Notes: generated by a model from the sequence alone, not told the origin. DNA of 13,967 nt from a virus (IMGVR_UViG_2703718846_000001), one strand, 5' to 3'. Positions 1-7,716 are shown, counted from the stretch's first letter. Numbers and translations are program-made.

Positions 1-456
1 GTGAACCTACCACAAGATGGCATCAAACTGCATCGCGGTAACTTCACCGCTATCGGCCAGCAGATCCAGCCTTATCTGGAGGACGGAAAATGCTTTCGCA
101 TGGTGCTTAAACCGTGGCGTGAGAAACGCAGTCTTTCCCAGAATGCACTCAGCCACATGTGGTACAGCGAAATCAGTGAATACCTCATCAGCAGGGGGAA
201 ATCGTTCGCTACCGCAGCATGGGTAAAAGATGCTCTCAAACACACATACCTCGGTTATGAAACCAAGGACCTGGTTGATGTCGTAACCGGCGAAATCACT
301 ACTATCCAGTCGTTACGCCATACTTCCGATCTTGATACCGGAGAGATGTATGTCTTCCTGTGTAAGGTTGAAGCCTGGGCGATGAATATTGGCTGCCACC
401 TGACTATTCCGCAGAGCTGCGAGTTCCAGCTGCTGCGCGACAAGCAGGAGGCGTAA
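1..456 (+). CDS. ybcN: NinB/Orf-family recombination protein homolog (YbcN-like, reported DNA base-flipping protein)
   Basis: 151-aa ORF starting with GTG at window position 1; translation (MNLPQDGIKLHRGNF...KRSLSQNALSHMWYSEISEY...) matches my recollection of E. coli DLP12 YbcN over its full length. Upstream context is not visible, so the start cannot be checked. Confidence 0.75.
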   Translation: MNLPQDGIKLHRGNFTAIGQQIQPYLEDGKCFRMVLKPWREKRSLSQNALSHMWYSEISEYLISRGKSFATAAWVKDALKHTYLGYETKDLVDVVTGEITTIQSLRHTSDLDTGEMYVFLCKVEAWAMNIGCHLTIPQSCEFQLLRDKQEA

Positions 457-457
457 T

Positions 458-625
458 GGCTACACCGCTTATTCGTGTCATGAACGGACACATCTACAGA
501 GTACCAAATCGTCGTAAGCGTAAGCCTGAGCTGAAGCCATCCGAAATACCAACACTGCTCGGATATACCGCTAGCCTGGTTGATAAAAAATGGTTGCGAC
601 TGGCAGCAAGGAGGAATCATGGCTG
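458..625 (+). CDS. ninE: NinE small phage protein
   Basis: 55-codon ORF absent from the supplied track (below its length cut-off): [56 protein letters not shown], basic, lambda NinE-like; overlaps the ybcO start by 7 nt. Confidence 0.65.
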
Positions 626-909
626 ATTTGAGAAAAGCAGCGCGTGGTCGGGAATGCCAGGTAAGAATCACTGGCGTATGTAATGGCAACCCTGAAACGT
701 CTGTACTGGCACATATCCGGCTGGCTGGATTGTGCGGCACCGGTATTAAACCGCCAGACCTTATTGCCACCATTGCCTGTTCTGCCTGTCACGACGAAAT
801 CGACCGCCGCACGCATTTTGTCGATGCTGAGTACGCAAAAGAATGCGCGCTGGAAGGTATGGCGAGAACGCAGGTTATCTGGCTGAAAGAGGGGGTAATC
901 AAGGCGTGA
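619..909 (+). CDS. ybcO: YbcO (DUF1364) Cys/His-rich putative nuclease of the nin region
   Basis: ATG at 619 preceded by AAGGAGG at 608-614; translation [35 protein letters not shown]...[11 protein letters not shown] matches YbcO. The track ORF from 580 is an upstream extension without an RBS. Confidence 0.8.
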   Translation: MADLRKAARGRECQVRITGVCNGNPETSVLAHIRLAGLCGTGIKPPDLIATIACSACHDEIDRRTHFVDAEYAKECALEGMARTQVIWLKEGVIKA

Positions 910-1268
910 ATACTTACCACATCACACTACCCTGGCCTCCGAGCAATAACCGCTATTACCGCCATAATCGCGGGCGCACACACATCAGCGCAGAAGGGCA
1001 GGCATACCGCGATAACGTCACCCGAATCATTAAAAACGCAATGCTGGATATCGGCCTGGCTATGCCAGTGAAAATCCGTATTGAGTGCCACATGCCGGAT
1101 CGCCGTCGCCGTGACCTGGATAATCTGCAAAAGGCCGCTTTTGACGCACTCACCAAAGCAGGTTTCTGGCTGGATGATGCTCAGGTCGTTGATTACCGCG
1201 TTGTGAAGATGCCTGTTACCAAAGGTGGGAGGCTGGAACTGACCATCACCGAAATGGGGAATGAATGA
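906..1268 (+). CDS. rusA: RusA Holliday-junction resolvase
   Basis: 120-aa product from GTG at 906 ([26 protein letters not shown]...[10 protein letters not shown]), near-identical to E. coli RusA as I recall it; GTG overlaps the ybcO stop (GTGA); GAGGGGG at 889-895. Confidence 0.9.
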   Translation: MNTYHITLPWPPSNNRYYRHNRGRTHISAEGQAYRDNVTRIIKNAMLDIGLAMPVKIRIECHMPDRRRRDLDNLQKAAFDALTKAGFWLDDAQVVDYRVVKMPVTKGGRLELTITEMGNE

Positions 1269-1405
1269 TGTTTGAGTCTTATATGGCAGAGCGTCTTCGC
1301 CGCCGCTGGGTGCGCCTGCGCTTATATCGTTTTCCTGGTTCTGTTTTGACCGATTACCGGATACTGAAGAATTACGCCAAAACCCTGACAGGAGCAGGAG
1401 TATGA
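1265..1405 (+). CDS. ylcG: YlcG-like small protein
   Basis: 46-codon [49 protein letters not shown]; ATG overlaps the rusA stop (ATGA); same position as ylcG in DLP12. Confidence 0.5.
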   Translation: MMFESYMAERLRRRWVRLRLYRFPGSVLTDYRILKNYAKTLTGAGV

Positions 1406-1490
1406 AGTCAGAGATAACAATCAACTAATACTATTTTGTTGATTTTTGCTTGTAATTGGCGTTCTGGTCTGATTTTTGTGGAGTAAGTTG

Positions 1491-1874
1491 ATGCGTGATA
1501 TTCAGATGGTTCTTGAGCGTTGGGGAGCGTGGGCGGCTAATAATCATGAAGATGTGACCTGGTCGTCCATTGCCGCCGGTTTTAAGGGATTAATTACTTC
1601 AAAAGTAAAATCTCGCCCGCAATGTTGTGACGATGACGCGATGATCATTTGCGGGTGCATGGCCCGTCTGAAAAAGAACAACAGCGATTTGCACGATTTA
1701 TTAGTAGATTATTATGTAGTCGGTATGACATTCATGTCACTGGCAGGTAAGCATTGCTGCTCTGATGGTTATATCGGGAAAAGGTTACAGAAGGCTGAGG
1801 GTATAATTGAAGGGATGTTAATGGCATTAGATATCCGGTTAGAGATGGATATCGTTGTTAATAACTCTAATTAA
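1491..1874 (+). CDS. quuD: Late-gene antiterminator Q (QuuD/phage-82/21 type)
   Basis: 127-aa product [24 protein letters not shown]... with Cys-rich segment ([18 protein letters not shown]) typical of Q-family zinc-binding antiterminators; GGAG 9-12 nt upstream of ATG 1491. Confidence 0.85.
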   Translation: MRDIQMVLERWGAWAANNHEDVTWSSIAAGFKGLITSKVKSRPQCCDDDAMIICGCMARLKKNNSDLHDLLVDYYVVGMTFMSLAGKHCCSDGYIGKRLQKAEGIIEGMLMALDIRLEMDIVVNNSN

Positions 1875-1960
1875 TATGCCAGTTGTTTACTAAAAGTTAT
1901 TAAAAATGGGGCGTTGCAACGCCCCCAAAAATAAAGGGTAATATATAACAGAAGGTTTAT
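1875..1960 (+). promoter_or_regulatory. Putative late promoter PR' with qut site just downstream of Q
   Basis: Position only: in lambdoid phages PR'/qut lies directly after the Q gene and before tR'. Candidate -35/-10 pairs (TTGCAA...TAATAT with 19-nt spacing) are weak and I cannot fix the hexamers with confidence. Confidence 0.3.
1907..1924 (-). terminator. Perfect 18-bp GC-rich palindrome followed by a T-rich tract on the minus strand; likely terminator of the nmpC transcript
   Basis: GGGGCGTTGCAACGCCCC at 1907-1924; on the minus strand it is followed by ATTTTTAATAACTTTT; lies ~140 nt downstream of the nmpC stop. Confidence 0.4.
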
Positions 1961-2013
1961 ATAGTTAGAAGCAAGGTTGTGCTCCTAAAGGAAGTGGCTT
2001 GAGGGAGCCACTT

Positions 2014-2053
2014 ATATGTTGGGGAGGCAAAGCCTCCCGCAACATATCTTTTT
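2014..2053 (+). terminator. Rho-independent terminator tR' for the short PR' transcript (read through when Q acts)
   Basis: ATATGTTGGGGAGGC-AAA-GCCTCCC(G)CAACATAT: 15-bp stem with one bulged G, followed by CTTTTT at 2048-2053, ~175 nt after the Q stop. Confidence 0.6.
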
Positions 2054-2063
2054 CGTAATCAGA

Positions 2064-3161
2064 TTAGAACTGGTAAACCAGACCTACAGCAACGATGTCA
2101 TCAGTGCTTACACCGAGTGCTTTAGTGAAGTCATTTTTGTCAAGCAGGTTGATTTTGTAATCAACGAAAGTAGACATATTTTTGTTGAAGTAATAGGTTG
2201 CACCTACATCAACATATTTGACTAAGTCCTGATCGCCCCATACTCCAAGATCCTTACCTTTAGATTGCAGGTAAGCAACGGACGGACGCAGACCGAAATC
2301 GAACTGATATTGTGCAACAGCTTCGAAGTTTTGAGCTTTATTAGCAACGAAGTGATCAGCAAATACAGTCATATTCTGGGTTTCAGAATAGGTAGTGGCC
2401 AGGTAAATGTTGTTAGCGTCATATTTCAGACCTGCGGCCCAAACTTCTGCATTTTTACCGGAAGCAAATACTTCAGGAAGAACTTTCCCTGCATTAACTT
2501 GAGTGTCGGTACGATCAGATTTCGCATAAGTTGCACCGATACCGAATCCTTCGTATTCATAGGTAGCAGAGAAACCGAAGCCATCACCGTTACCTTCAGT
2601 GTAGTTATCGAAATCGCTACGATCGTTTTTGCCTTGGTACTGAGCAGCAAAGTTCAGACCATCAACCAGACCAAAGAAGTCGTTGTTACGATAGGTTGCA
2701 ACACCAGTGGTACGACCAGTCATGAACACATCTGTTTGGGTCCAGGTATCGCCACCGAATTCTGGCAGAACGTCAGTCCACGCACCGATGTCGTATGCTA
2801 CACCGTAGTTACGGCCGTAATCGATTGAGCCGTAGTCACCGAATTTCAGGCCTGCAAATGCAAGACGGGTTTTGTCTTTGGAGGAACCTTGAGATTCAGC
2901 GCGGTTGCCTTTGAATTCATATTCCCACTGACCGAAACCAGTCAGCTGATCGTTGATTTGGGTTTCACCTTTGAAGCCAAGACGGGCATAAGTAGTATCA
3001 CCATCATCTGCATCATTAGAGGAGAAGTAGTGCTTAGCATTAACTTTCCCGTACAGATCCAGCTTGTTACTGTCTTTATTATAAATTTCAGCTGCCTGAG
3101 CAGACATCGCCATCAGTACTGATGCAGCTACAGCAGAAATTGCCACTGTTAATTTTTTCAT
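2064..3161 (-). CDS. nmpC: General porin NmpC/Lc (OmpC/OmpF family), intact
   Basis: 365-aa ORF; N-terminal signal peptide [23 protein letters not shown]|AEIYNK; porin-family sequence throughout; C-terminal ...VGLVYQF ending in Phe as in outer-membrane beta-barrels; no IS interruption. Confidence 0.95.
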   Translation of the reverse strand: MKKLTVAISAVAASVLMAMSAQAAEIYNKDSNKLDLYGKVNAKHYFSSNDADDGDTTYARLGFKGETQINDQLTGFGQWEYEFKGNRAESQGSSKDKTRLAFAGLKFGDYGSIDYGRNYGVAYDIGAWTDVLPEFGGDTWTQTDVFMTGRTTGVATYRNNDFFGLVDGLNFAAQYQGKNDRSDFDNYTEGNGDGFGFSATYEYEGFGIGATYAKSDRTDTQVNAGKVLPEVFASGKNAEVWAAGLKYDANNIYLATTYSETQNMTVFADHFVANKAQNFEAVAQYQFDFGLRPSVAYLQSKGKDLGVWGDQDLVKYVDVGATYYFNKNMSTFVDYKINLLDKNDFTKALGVSTDDIVAVGLVYQF

Positions 3162-3734
3162 CGTGAGCCCTTTTTTTTGAACTATTATTAAAAAATGATG
3201 TCACTGCGCGATAAATATTCATCTAATCAATGTGATTATTTCAAGATGTAAGTTTTGGTTTCTCGTTTGATTTGTGAAGTAGATCTCTATTTTTATCTGA
3301 ACTTTTTTCTATCGAATCCTATTTATAGCTCTTGGCTGAATAAAAATAAATCTATTAGCCAATTTATATTAACGGCTGTTATTTATAAGCGCTCTATAAT
3401 TTGAAGGTTCAATTTAAATTGGCTAAAAATAACACTGGAAATTATTTGTTGGTTATTTGTTGAGATTTGCTTATGTATTTGTAGTGGTGTTTTCAATACT
3501 CGGTAGCATTCTCGCAAATATCATTTAGTGGTTTACGTACGTAAAAAATTGGTTATGCTGTTAAGAGTGGTTACTTCGTCACACAGCTTAAACCCGCCGT
3601 CGAGCGGGTTTTTCCATTTTTTGAGTCTCGATATTAGCTGATAACCCAATACCTGAGTTATTCACTGACTCCGAGTCTGTTACGTTTCGTAGTATTCCCT
3701 CAATTTACACCCGCTTTGTCTGCGAGGTGGGGTT
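3162..3734. promoter_or_regulatory. AT-rich 573-bp intergenic region holding the nmpC promoter (minus strand) and the lead-in to the lysis cassette
   Basis: No ORF of 60 aa or more on either strand; long A/T runs; tandem repeat TTATTTGTTG x2 at 3443-3462; 10-bp inverted repeat TAGCCAATTT / AAATTGGCTA at 3356-3365 and 3416-3425. Confidence 0.4.
3590..3626 (+). terminator. Candidate rho-independent terminator ~110 nt upstream of the holin start
   Basis: AAACCCGC-CGTCGA-GCGGGTTT (8-bp stem) followed by TTCCATTTTTT. Confidence 0.35.
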
Positions 3735-3950
3735 ATGAAATCCATGGATAAGTTAACAACGGGTGTCGCCTATGGCACCTCAGCAGGTAGTGCCGGGTAC
3801 TGGTTTTTACAGCTGCTAGATAAAGTCACGCCCTCACAGTGGGCGGCAATTGGAGTGCTGGGTAGCCTGGTATTTGGCCTGCTGACGTACCTGACAAACC
3901 TTTATTTCAAGATTAAAGAAGATAAGCGTAAGGCTGCGAGAGGTGAATAA
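3735..3950 (+). CDS. essD: Phage-21-type class II holin (pinholin S21) with dual-start motif
   Basis: 71 aa, [26 protein letters not shown]...: Met1-Lys-Ser-Met4 dual start (antiholin/holin forms), two TM segments; strong SD GAGGTGGGG upstream. Confidence 0.9.
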
Positions 3951-4447
3951 TGTCGCCATCATTACGCAAGGCTGTAGCAGCTGCTATTGGTGGTGGGGCT
4001 GTTGCCATAGCGTCTGTGCTCATCACTGGTCCGAGTGGTGACGATGGTCTGGAAGGTGTCAGCTACATACCATATAAAGATATTGTTGGTGTATGGACTG
4101 TATGTCACGGGCATACAGGAAAAGACATCATGCTCGGTAAAACGTATACCAAAGCAGAATGCAAAGCACTCTTGAATAAAGACCTTGCCACTGTCGCCAG
4201 ACAAATTAACCCGTACATCAAAGTCGATATACCGGAAACAACGCGCGGCGCTCTTTACTCATTCGTTTACAACGTGGGTGCTGGCAATTTCAGAACATCG
4301 ACGCTTCTTCGCAAAATAAACCAGGGCGATATCAAAGGCGCATGTGATCAGCTACGTCGCTGGACATATGCTGGCGGTAAGCCATGGAAAGGTCTCATGA
4401 CTCGTCGTGAGATTGAGCGTGAAATCTGTTTGTGGGGTCAGCAATGA
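3950..4447 (+). CDS. rrrD: SAR endolysin (phage-21 R-type lysozyme with N-terminal signal-anchor-release domain)
   Basis: 165 aa; N-terminal Gly/Ala-rich weakly hydrophobic segment [18 protein letters not shown]; lysozyme core with [26 protein letters not shown] (E-D-T catalytic motif); start overlaps holin stop (TAATG). Confidence 0.9.
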   Translation: MSPSLRKAVAAAIGGGAVAIASVLITGPSGDDGLEGVSYIPYKDIVGVWTVCHGHTGKDIMLGKTYTKAECKALLNKDLATVARQINPYIKVDIPETTRGALYSFVYNVGAGNFRTSTLLRKINQGDIKGACDQLRRWTYAGGKPWKGLMTRREIEREICLWGQQ

Positions 4448-4905
4448 ACAGAGTAACCGCGATTATCTCCGCTCTGGTTATCTGCATCATCGTCTGCCTG
4501 TCATGGGCTGTTAATCATTACCGTGATAACGCCATTACCTACAAAGCCCAGCGCGACAAAAATGTCAGAGAACTGAAGCTGGCGAACGCGGCAATTACTG
4601 ACATGCAGATGCGTCAGCGTGATGTTGCTGCGCTCGATGCAAAATACACGAAGGAGTTAGCTGATGCGAAAGCTGAAAATGATGCTCTGCGTGATGATGT
4701 TGCCGCTGGTCGTCGTCGGTTGCACATCAAAGCAGTCTGTCAGTCAGTGCGTGAAGCCACCACCGCCTCCGGCGTGGATAATGCAGCCTCCCCCCGACTG
4801 GCAGACACCGCTGAACGGGATTATTTCACCCTCAGAGAGAGGCTGATCACTATGCAAAAACAACTGGAAGGAACCCAGAAGTATATTAATGAGCAGTGCA
4901 GATAG
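4444..4905 (+). CDS. rzpD: Rz i-spanin (inner-membrane spanin subunit)
   Basis: 153 aa from ATG 4444 ([23 protein letters not shown]...): N-terminal TM anchor then coiled-coil-like periplasmic domain; start overlaps endolysin stop (ATGA). Confidence 0.9.
   Translation: MNRVTAIISALVICIIVCLSWAVNHYRDNAITYKAQRDKNVRELKLANAAITDMQMRQRDVAALDAKYTKELADAKAENDALRDDVAAGRRRLHIKAVCQSVREATTASGVDNAASPRLADTAERDYFTLRERLITMQKQLEGTQKYINEQCR
4664..4846 (+). CDS. rzoD: Rz1 o-spanin lipoprotein, embedded in the +1 frame of Rz
   Basis: 60 aa, [24 protein letters not shown]... with lipobox VVGC and proline-rich mature part ([16 protein letters not shown]); lies entirely inside Rz in another frame, as in lambda Rz/Rz1. 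Confidence 0.85.
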   Translation: MRKLKMMLCVMMLPLVVVGCTSKQSVSQCVKPPPPPAWIMQPPPDWQTPLNGIISPSERG

Positions 4906-4907
4906 AG

Positions 4908-4929
4908 TTGCCCATATCGATGGGCAACT
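4908..4929. terminator. 22-bp near-perfect palindrome between convergent Rz and bor; candidate bidirectional terminator
   Basis: GTTGCCCATATCGATGGGCAAC (9-bp arms) directly after the Rz stop and before the bor stop; flanking T-richness is modest. Confidence 0.3.
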
Positions 4930-4936
4930 CATGCAA

Positions 4937-5230
4937 TTATTGTGAGCAATACACACGCGCTTCCAGCGGAGTATAAATGCCTAAAGTAATAAAACCGAGC
5001 AATCCATTTACGAATGTTTGCTGGGTTTCTGTTTTAACAACATTTTCTGCGCCGCCACAAATTTTGGCTGCATCGACAGTTTTCTTCTGCCCAATTCCAG
5101 AAACGAAGAAATGATGAGTGATGGTTTCCTTTGGTGCTACTGCTGCCGGTTTGTTTTGAACAGTAAACGTCTGTTGAGCACATCCTGTAATAAGCAGGGC
5201 CAGCGCAGTAGCGAGTAGCATTTTTTTCAT
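4937..5230 (-). CDS. borD: Bor outer-membrane lipoprotein (serum-resistance moron)
   Basis: 97 aa, MKKMLLATALALLITGCAQQ... with lipobox LITGC; matches lambda Bor closely as I recall it. Confidence 0.9.
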   Translation of the reverse strand: MKKMLLATALALLITGCAQQTFTVQNKPAAVAPKETITHHFFVSGIGQKKTVDAAKICGGAENVVKTETQQTFVNGLLGFITLGIYTPLEARVYCSQ

Positions 5231-5520
5231 GGTGTTATTCCCGATGCTTTTTGAAGTTCGCAGAATCGTATGTGTAGAAAATTAAACAAACCCTAAACAA
5301 TGAGTTGAAATTTCATATTGTTAATATTTATTAATGTATGTCAGGTGCGATGAATCGTCATTGTATTCCCGGATTAACTATGTCCACAGCCCTGACGGGG
5401 AACTTCTCTGCGGGAGTGTCCGGGAATAATTAAAAACGATGCACACAGGGTTTAGCGCGTACACGTATTGCATTATGCCAACGCCCCGGTGCTGACACGG
5501 AAGAAACCGGACGTTATGAT

Positions 5521-5931
5521 TTAGCGTGGAAAGATTTGTGTAGTGTTCTGAATGCTCTCAGTAAATAGTAATGAATTATCAAAGGTATAGTAATATCTTT
5601 TATGTTCATGGATATTTGTAACCCATCGGAAAACTCCTGCTTTAGCAAGATTTTCCCTGTATTGCTGAAATGTGATTTCTCTTGATTTCAACCTATCATA
5701 GGACGTTTCTATAAGATGCGTGTTTCTTGAGAATTTAACATTTACAACCTTTTTAAGTCCTTTTATTAACACAGTGTTATCGTTTTCTAACACGATGTGA
5801 ATATTATCTGTGGCTAGATAGTAAATATAATGTGAGACGTTGTGACGTTTTAGTTCAGAATAAAACAATTCACAGTTTAAATCTTTTCGCACTTGATCGA
5901 ATATTTCTTTAAAAATGGCAACCTGAGCCAT
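5521..5931 (-). CDS. ybcV: YbcV (DUF1398) uncharacterised prophage protein
   Basis: 136-aa product from the ATG at 5931-5929 ([18 protein letters not shown]...), with GGAAGG 8 nt upstream. The track ORF extends to a GTG at 6054 (177 aa); the longer form cannot be excluded. Confidence 0.75.
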   Translation of the reverse strand: MAQVAIFKEIFDQVRKDLNCELFYSELKRHNVSHYIYYLATDNIHIVLENDNTVLIKGLKKVVNVKFSRNTHLIETSYDRLKSREITFQQYRENLAKAGVFRWVTNIHEHKRYYYTFDNSLLFTESIQNTTQIFPR

Positions 5932-6216
5932 TGGTAAAACCTTCCATGTGATACGAGGGCGCGTAGTTTGCATTACCGTTTTTATCGTTTCAATCTGGTC
6001 TGACCTCTTTGTGTTTTGTTGATGATTTATGTCAAATATTAGGAATGTTTTCACTTAATAGTATTGGTTGCGTAACAAAGTGCGGTCCTGCTGGCATTCT
6101 GGAGGGAAATACAACCGACAGATGTATGTAAGGCCAACGTGCTCAAATCTTCATACAGAAAGATTTGAAGTAATATTTTAACCGCTAGATGAAGAGCAAG
6201 CGCATGGAGCGACAAA

Positions 6217-6423
6217 ATGAATAAAGAACAATCTGCTGATGATCCCTCCGTGGATCTGATTCGTGTAAAAAATATGCTTAATAGCACCATTTCTATGAGT
6301 TACCCTGATGTTGTAATTGCATGTATAGAACATAAGGTGTCTCTGGAAGCATTCAGAGCAATTGAGGCAGCGTTGGTGAAGCACGATAATAATATGAAGG
6401 ATTATTCCCTGGTGGTTGACTGA
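6217..6423 (+). CDS. ybcW: YbcW small acidic uncharacterised protein
   Basis: 68 aa, [40 protein letters not shown]...; GGAG 8 nt upstream; divergent from ybcV across a 285-bp intergenic region. Confidence 0.7.
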
Positions 6424-6587
6424 TCACCATAACTGCTAATCATTCAAACTATTTAGCCTGTGACAGAGCCAACACGCAGTCTGTCACTGTCAGGAAAGTG
6501 GTAAAACTGCAACTCAATTACTGCAATGCCCTCGTAATTAAGTGAATTTACAATATCGTCCTGTTCGGAGGGAAGAACGCGGGATGT

Positions 6588-6782
6588 TCATTCTTCATCA
6601 CTTTTAATTGATGTATATGCTCTCTTTTCTGACGTTAGTCTCCGACGGCAGGCTTCAATGACCCAGGCTGAGAAATTCCCGGACCCTTTTTGCTCAAGAG
6701 CGATGTTAATTTGTTCAATCATTTGGTTAGGAAAGCGGATGTTGCGGGTTGTTGTTCTGCGGGTTCTGTTCTTCGTTGACAT
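6588..6782 (-). CDS. ylcI: YlcI-like small DNA-binding protein with Arc/Mnt-type ribbon-helix-helix signature
   Basis: 64 aa; basic N-terminal tail (MSTKNRTRRTTTRN) then IRFPNQMIEQINIALEQKGSGNFSAWVIEACRRRL, which follows the beta-strand / helix / G-x-S turn / helix pattern of Arc (NLRWPREVLDLVRKVAEENGRSVNSEIYQRVMESF). Confidence 0.7.
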   Translation of the reverse strand: MSTKNRTRRTTTRNIRFPNQMIEQINIALEQKGSGNFSAWVIEACRRRLTSEKRAYTSIKSDEE

Positions 6783-6929
6783 GAGGTTGCCCCGTATTCA
6801 GTGTCGCTGATTTGTATTGTCTGAAGTTGTTTTTACGTTAAGTTGATGCAGATCAATTAATACGATACCTGCGTCATAATTGATTATTTGACGTGGTTTG
6901 ATGGCGTAGATGCACGTTGTGACATGTAG

Positions 6930-7170
6930 ATGATAATTATTATCATTTTGCGGGTCCTTTCCGGCGATCCGACAGGTTACGGGGCGACGACCTCGCGGGT
7001 TTTCGCTATTTATGAAAATTTTCCGGTTTAAGGCGTTTCCGTTCTTCTTCGTCGTAACTTAATGTTTTTATTTAAAATACCCCCTAAAAAGAAAGGAAAC
7101 GACAGGTGCTGAAAACGAACTTTTGGGCCTTTGTCGTTTCCTTTCTCTGTTTTTGGCCGTGGAATGAACA
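6930..7170 (+). other. Cohesive-end site cos (cosQ region, cosN 6982-6993, cosB with R3, IHF region, R2, R1) upstream of nu1
   Basis: ...CGACAGGTTACG|GGGCGACGACCT|CGCGGGTTTTCGCTATTTATG... is near-identical to the lambda right-end/left-end junction as I recall it; CGTTTCC-type R elements at 7035-7044 (R3), 7094-7100 (R2, inverted) and 7135-7141 (R1); R2/R1 sit in a 15-bp inverted repeat (7090-7104 / 7132-7146). Confidence 0.8.
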
Positions 7171-7690
7171 ATGGAAGTCAACAAAAAGCAGCTGGCTGAC
7201 ATTTTCGGTGCGAGTATCCGTACCATTCAGAACTGGCAGGAACAGGGAATGCCCGTTCTGCGAGGCGGTGGCAAGGGTAATGAGGTGCTTTATGACTCTG
7301 CCGCCGTTATAAAATGGTATGCCGAAAGGGATGCTGAAATTGAGAACGAAAAGCTGCGCCGGGAGGTTGAAGAACTGCGCCAGGCCAGCGAGGCAGATCT
7401 CCAGCCAGGGACTATTGAGTACGAACGCCATCGACTTACGCGTGCGCAGGCCGACGCACAGGAACTGAAGAATGCCAGAGACTCAGCTGAAGTGGTGGAA
7501 ACCGCATTCTGTACTTTCGTGCTGTCGCGGATCGCAGGTGAAATTGCCAGTATTCTCGACGGGATCCCCCTGTCGGTGCAGCGGCGTTTTCCGGAACTGG
7601 AAAACCGACATGTTGATTTCCTGAAACGGGATATCATCAAAGCCATGAACAAAGCAGCCGCGCTGGATGAACTGATACCGGGGTTGCTGA

Positions 7691-7716
<26 letters not shown>
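7171..7716 (+). CDS. nu1: Terminase small subunit Nu1
   Basis: 181 aa, MEVNKKQLADIFGASIRTIQNWQEQGMPVLRGGGKGNEVLYD... (N-terminal winged HTH); lambda Nu1-like over full length; DLP12 equivalent is nohD. Confidence 0.9.

Larger units (their letters stand above)
1905..2075 (-). ncRNA. ipeX: Possible IpeX-like sRNA spanning the nmpC 3' end and downstream region
   Basis: Positional inference only: a porin-inhibiting sRNA (IpeX) was reported at the 3' end of nmpC in DLP12, and this interval contains the nmpC stop plus two strong hairpins and a minus-strand terminator. Ends are not determinable from sequence. Confidence 0.25.

Noticed and set aside
580-1268. Longer N-terminal versions of ybcO (from 580), rusA (from 843), quuD (1476), rzpD (4432), C (11263), D (12721) and E (13088) in the supplied track
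   Set aside because: Each extension lacks an RBS and runs into the upstream gene; the shorter starts have SD sequences and match the known protein N-termini.
927-1424. 165-aa minus-strand ORF overlapping rusA and ylcG (and 956..1156 minus)
   Set aside because: Antisense to rusA, which is strongly supported; no RBS and no recognisable protein features.
2016-3122. Plus-strand ORFs 2016..2225, 2265..2828, 2889..3122 and minus-strand 2426..2650 within nmpC
   Set aside because: Antisense or out-of-frame shadows of the porin gene.
3555-3641. 28-codon ORF (MLLRVVTSSHSLNPPSSGFFHFLSLDIS) upstream of the holin
   Set aside because: No RBS; it spans the terminator hairpin and has no coding character.
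4664-5230. Plus-strand ORF 5018..5218 and minus-strand ORF 4744..4956
   Set aside because: Antisense to bor and to Rz/Rz1 respectively; no supporting signals.
6051-6384. Minus-strand ORFs 6051..6290 and 6178..6384 overlapping ybcW, and ORFs 7084..7431 (minus) and 7106..7312 (plus) across cosB/nu1
   Set aside because: Overlap better-supported genes or the cos site; the 7084/7106 pair runs through the cosB inverted repeat and nu1.
5521-6423. ybcV/ybcW as a toxin-antitoxin pair
   Set aside because: The genes are divergently transcribed rather than co-oriented in an operon, and neither shows a recognisable toxin or antitoxin fold.
7090-7154. 15-bp inverted repeat plus T-run read as a rho-independent terminator
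   Set aside because: Its arms are the R2 and R1 terminase-binding elements of cosB in their known inverted arrangement just upstream of nu1, which explains the structure better, though some terminator activity is not excluded.
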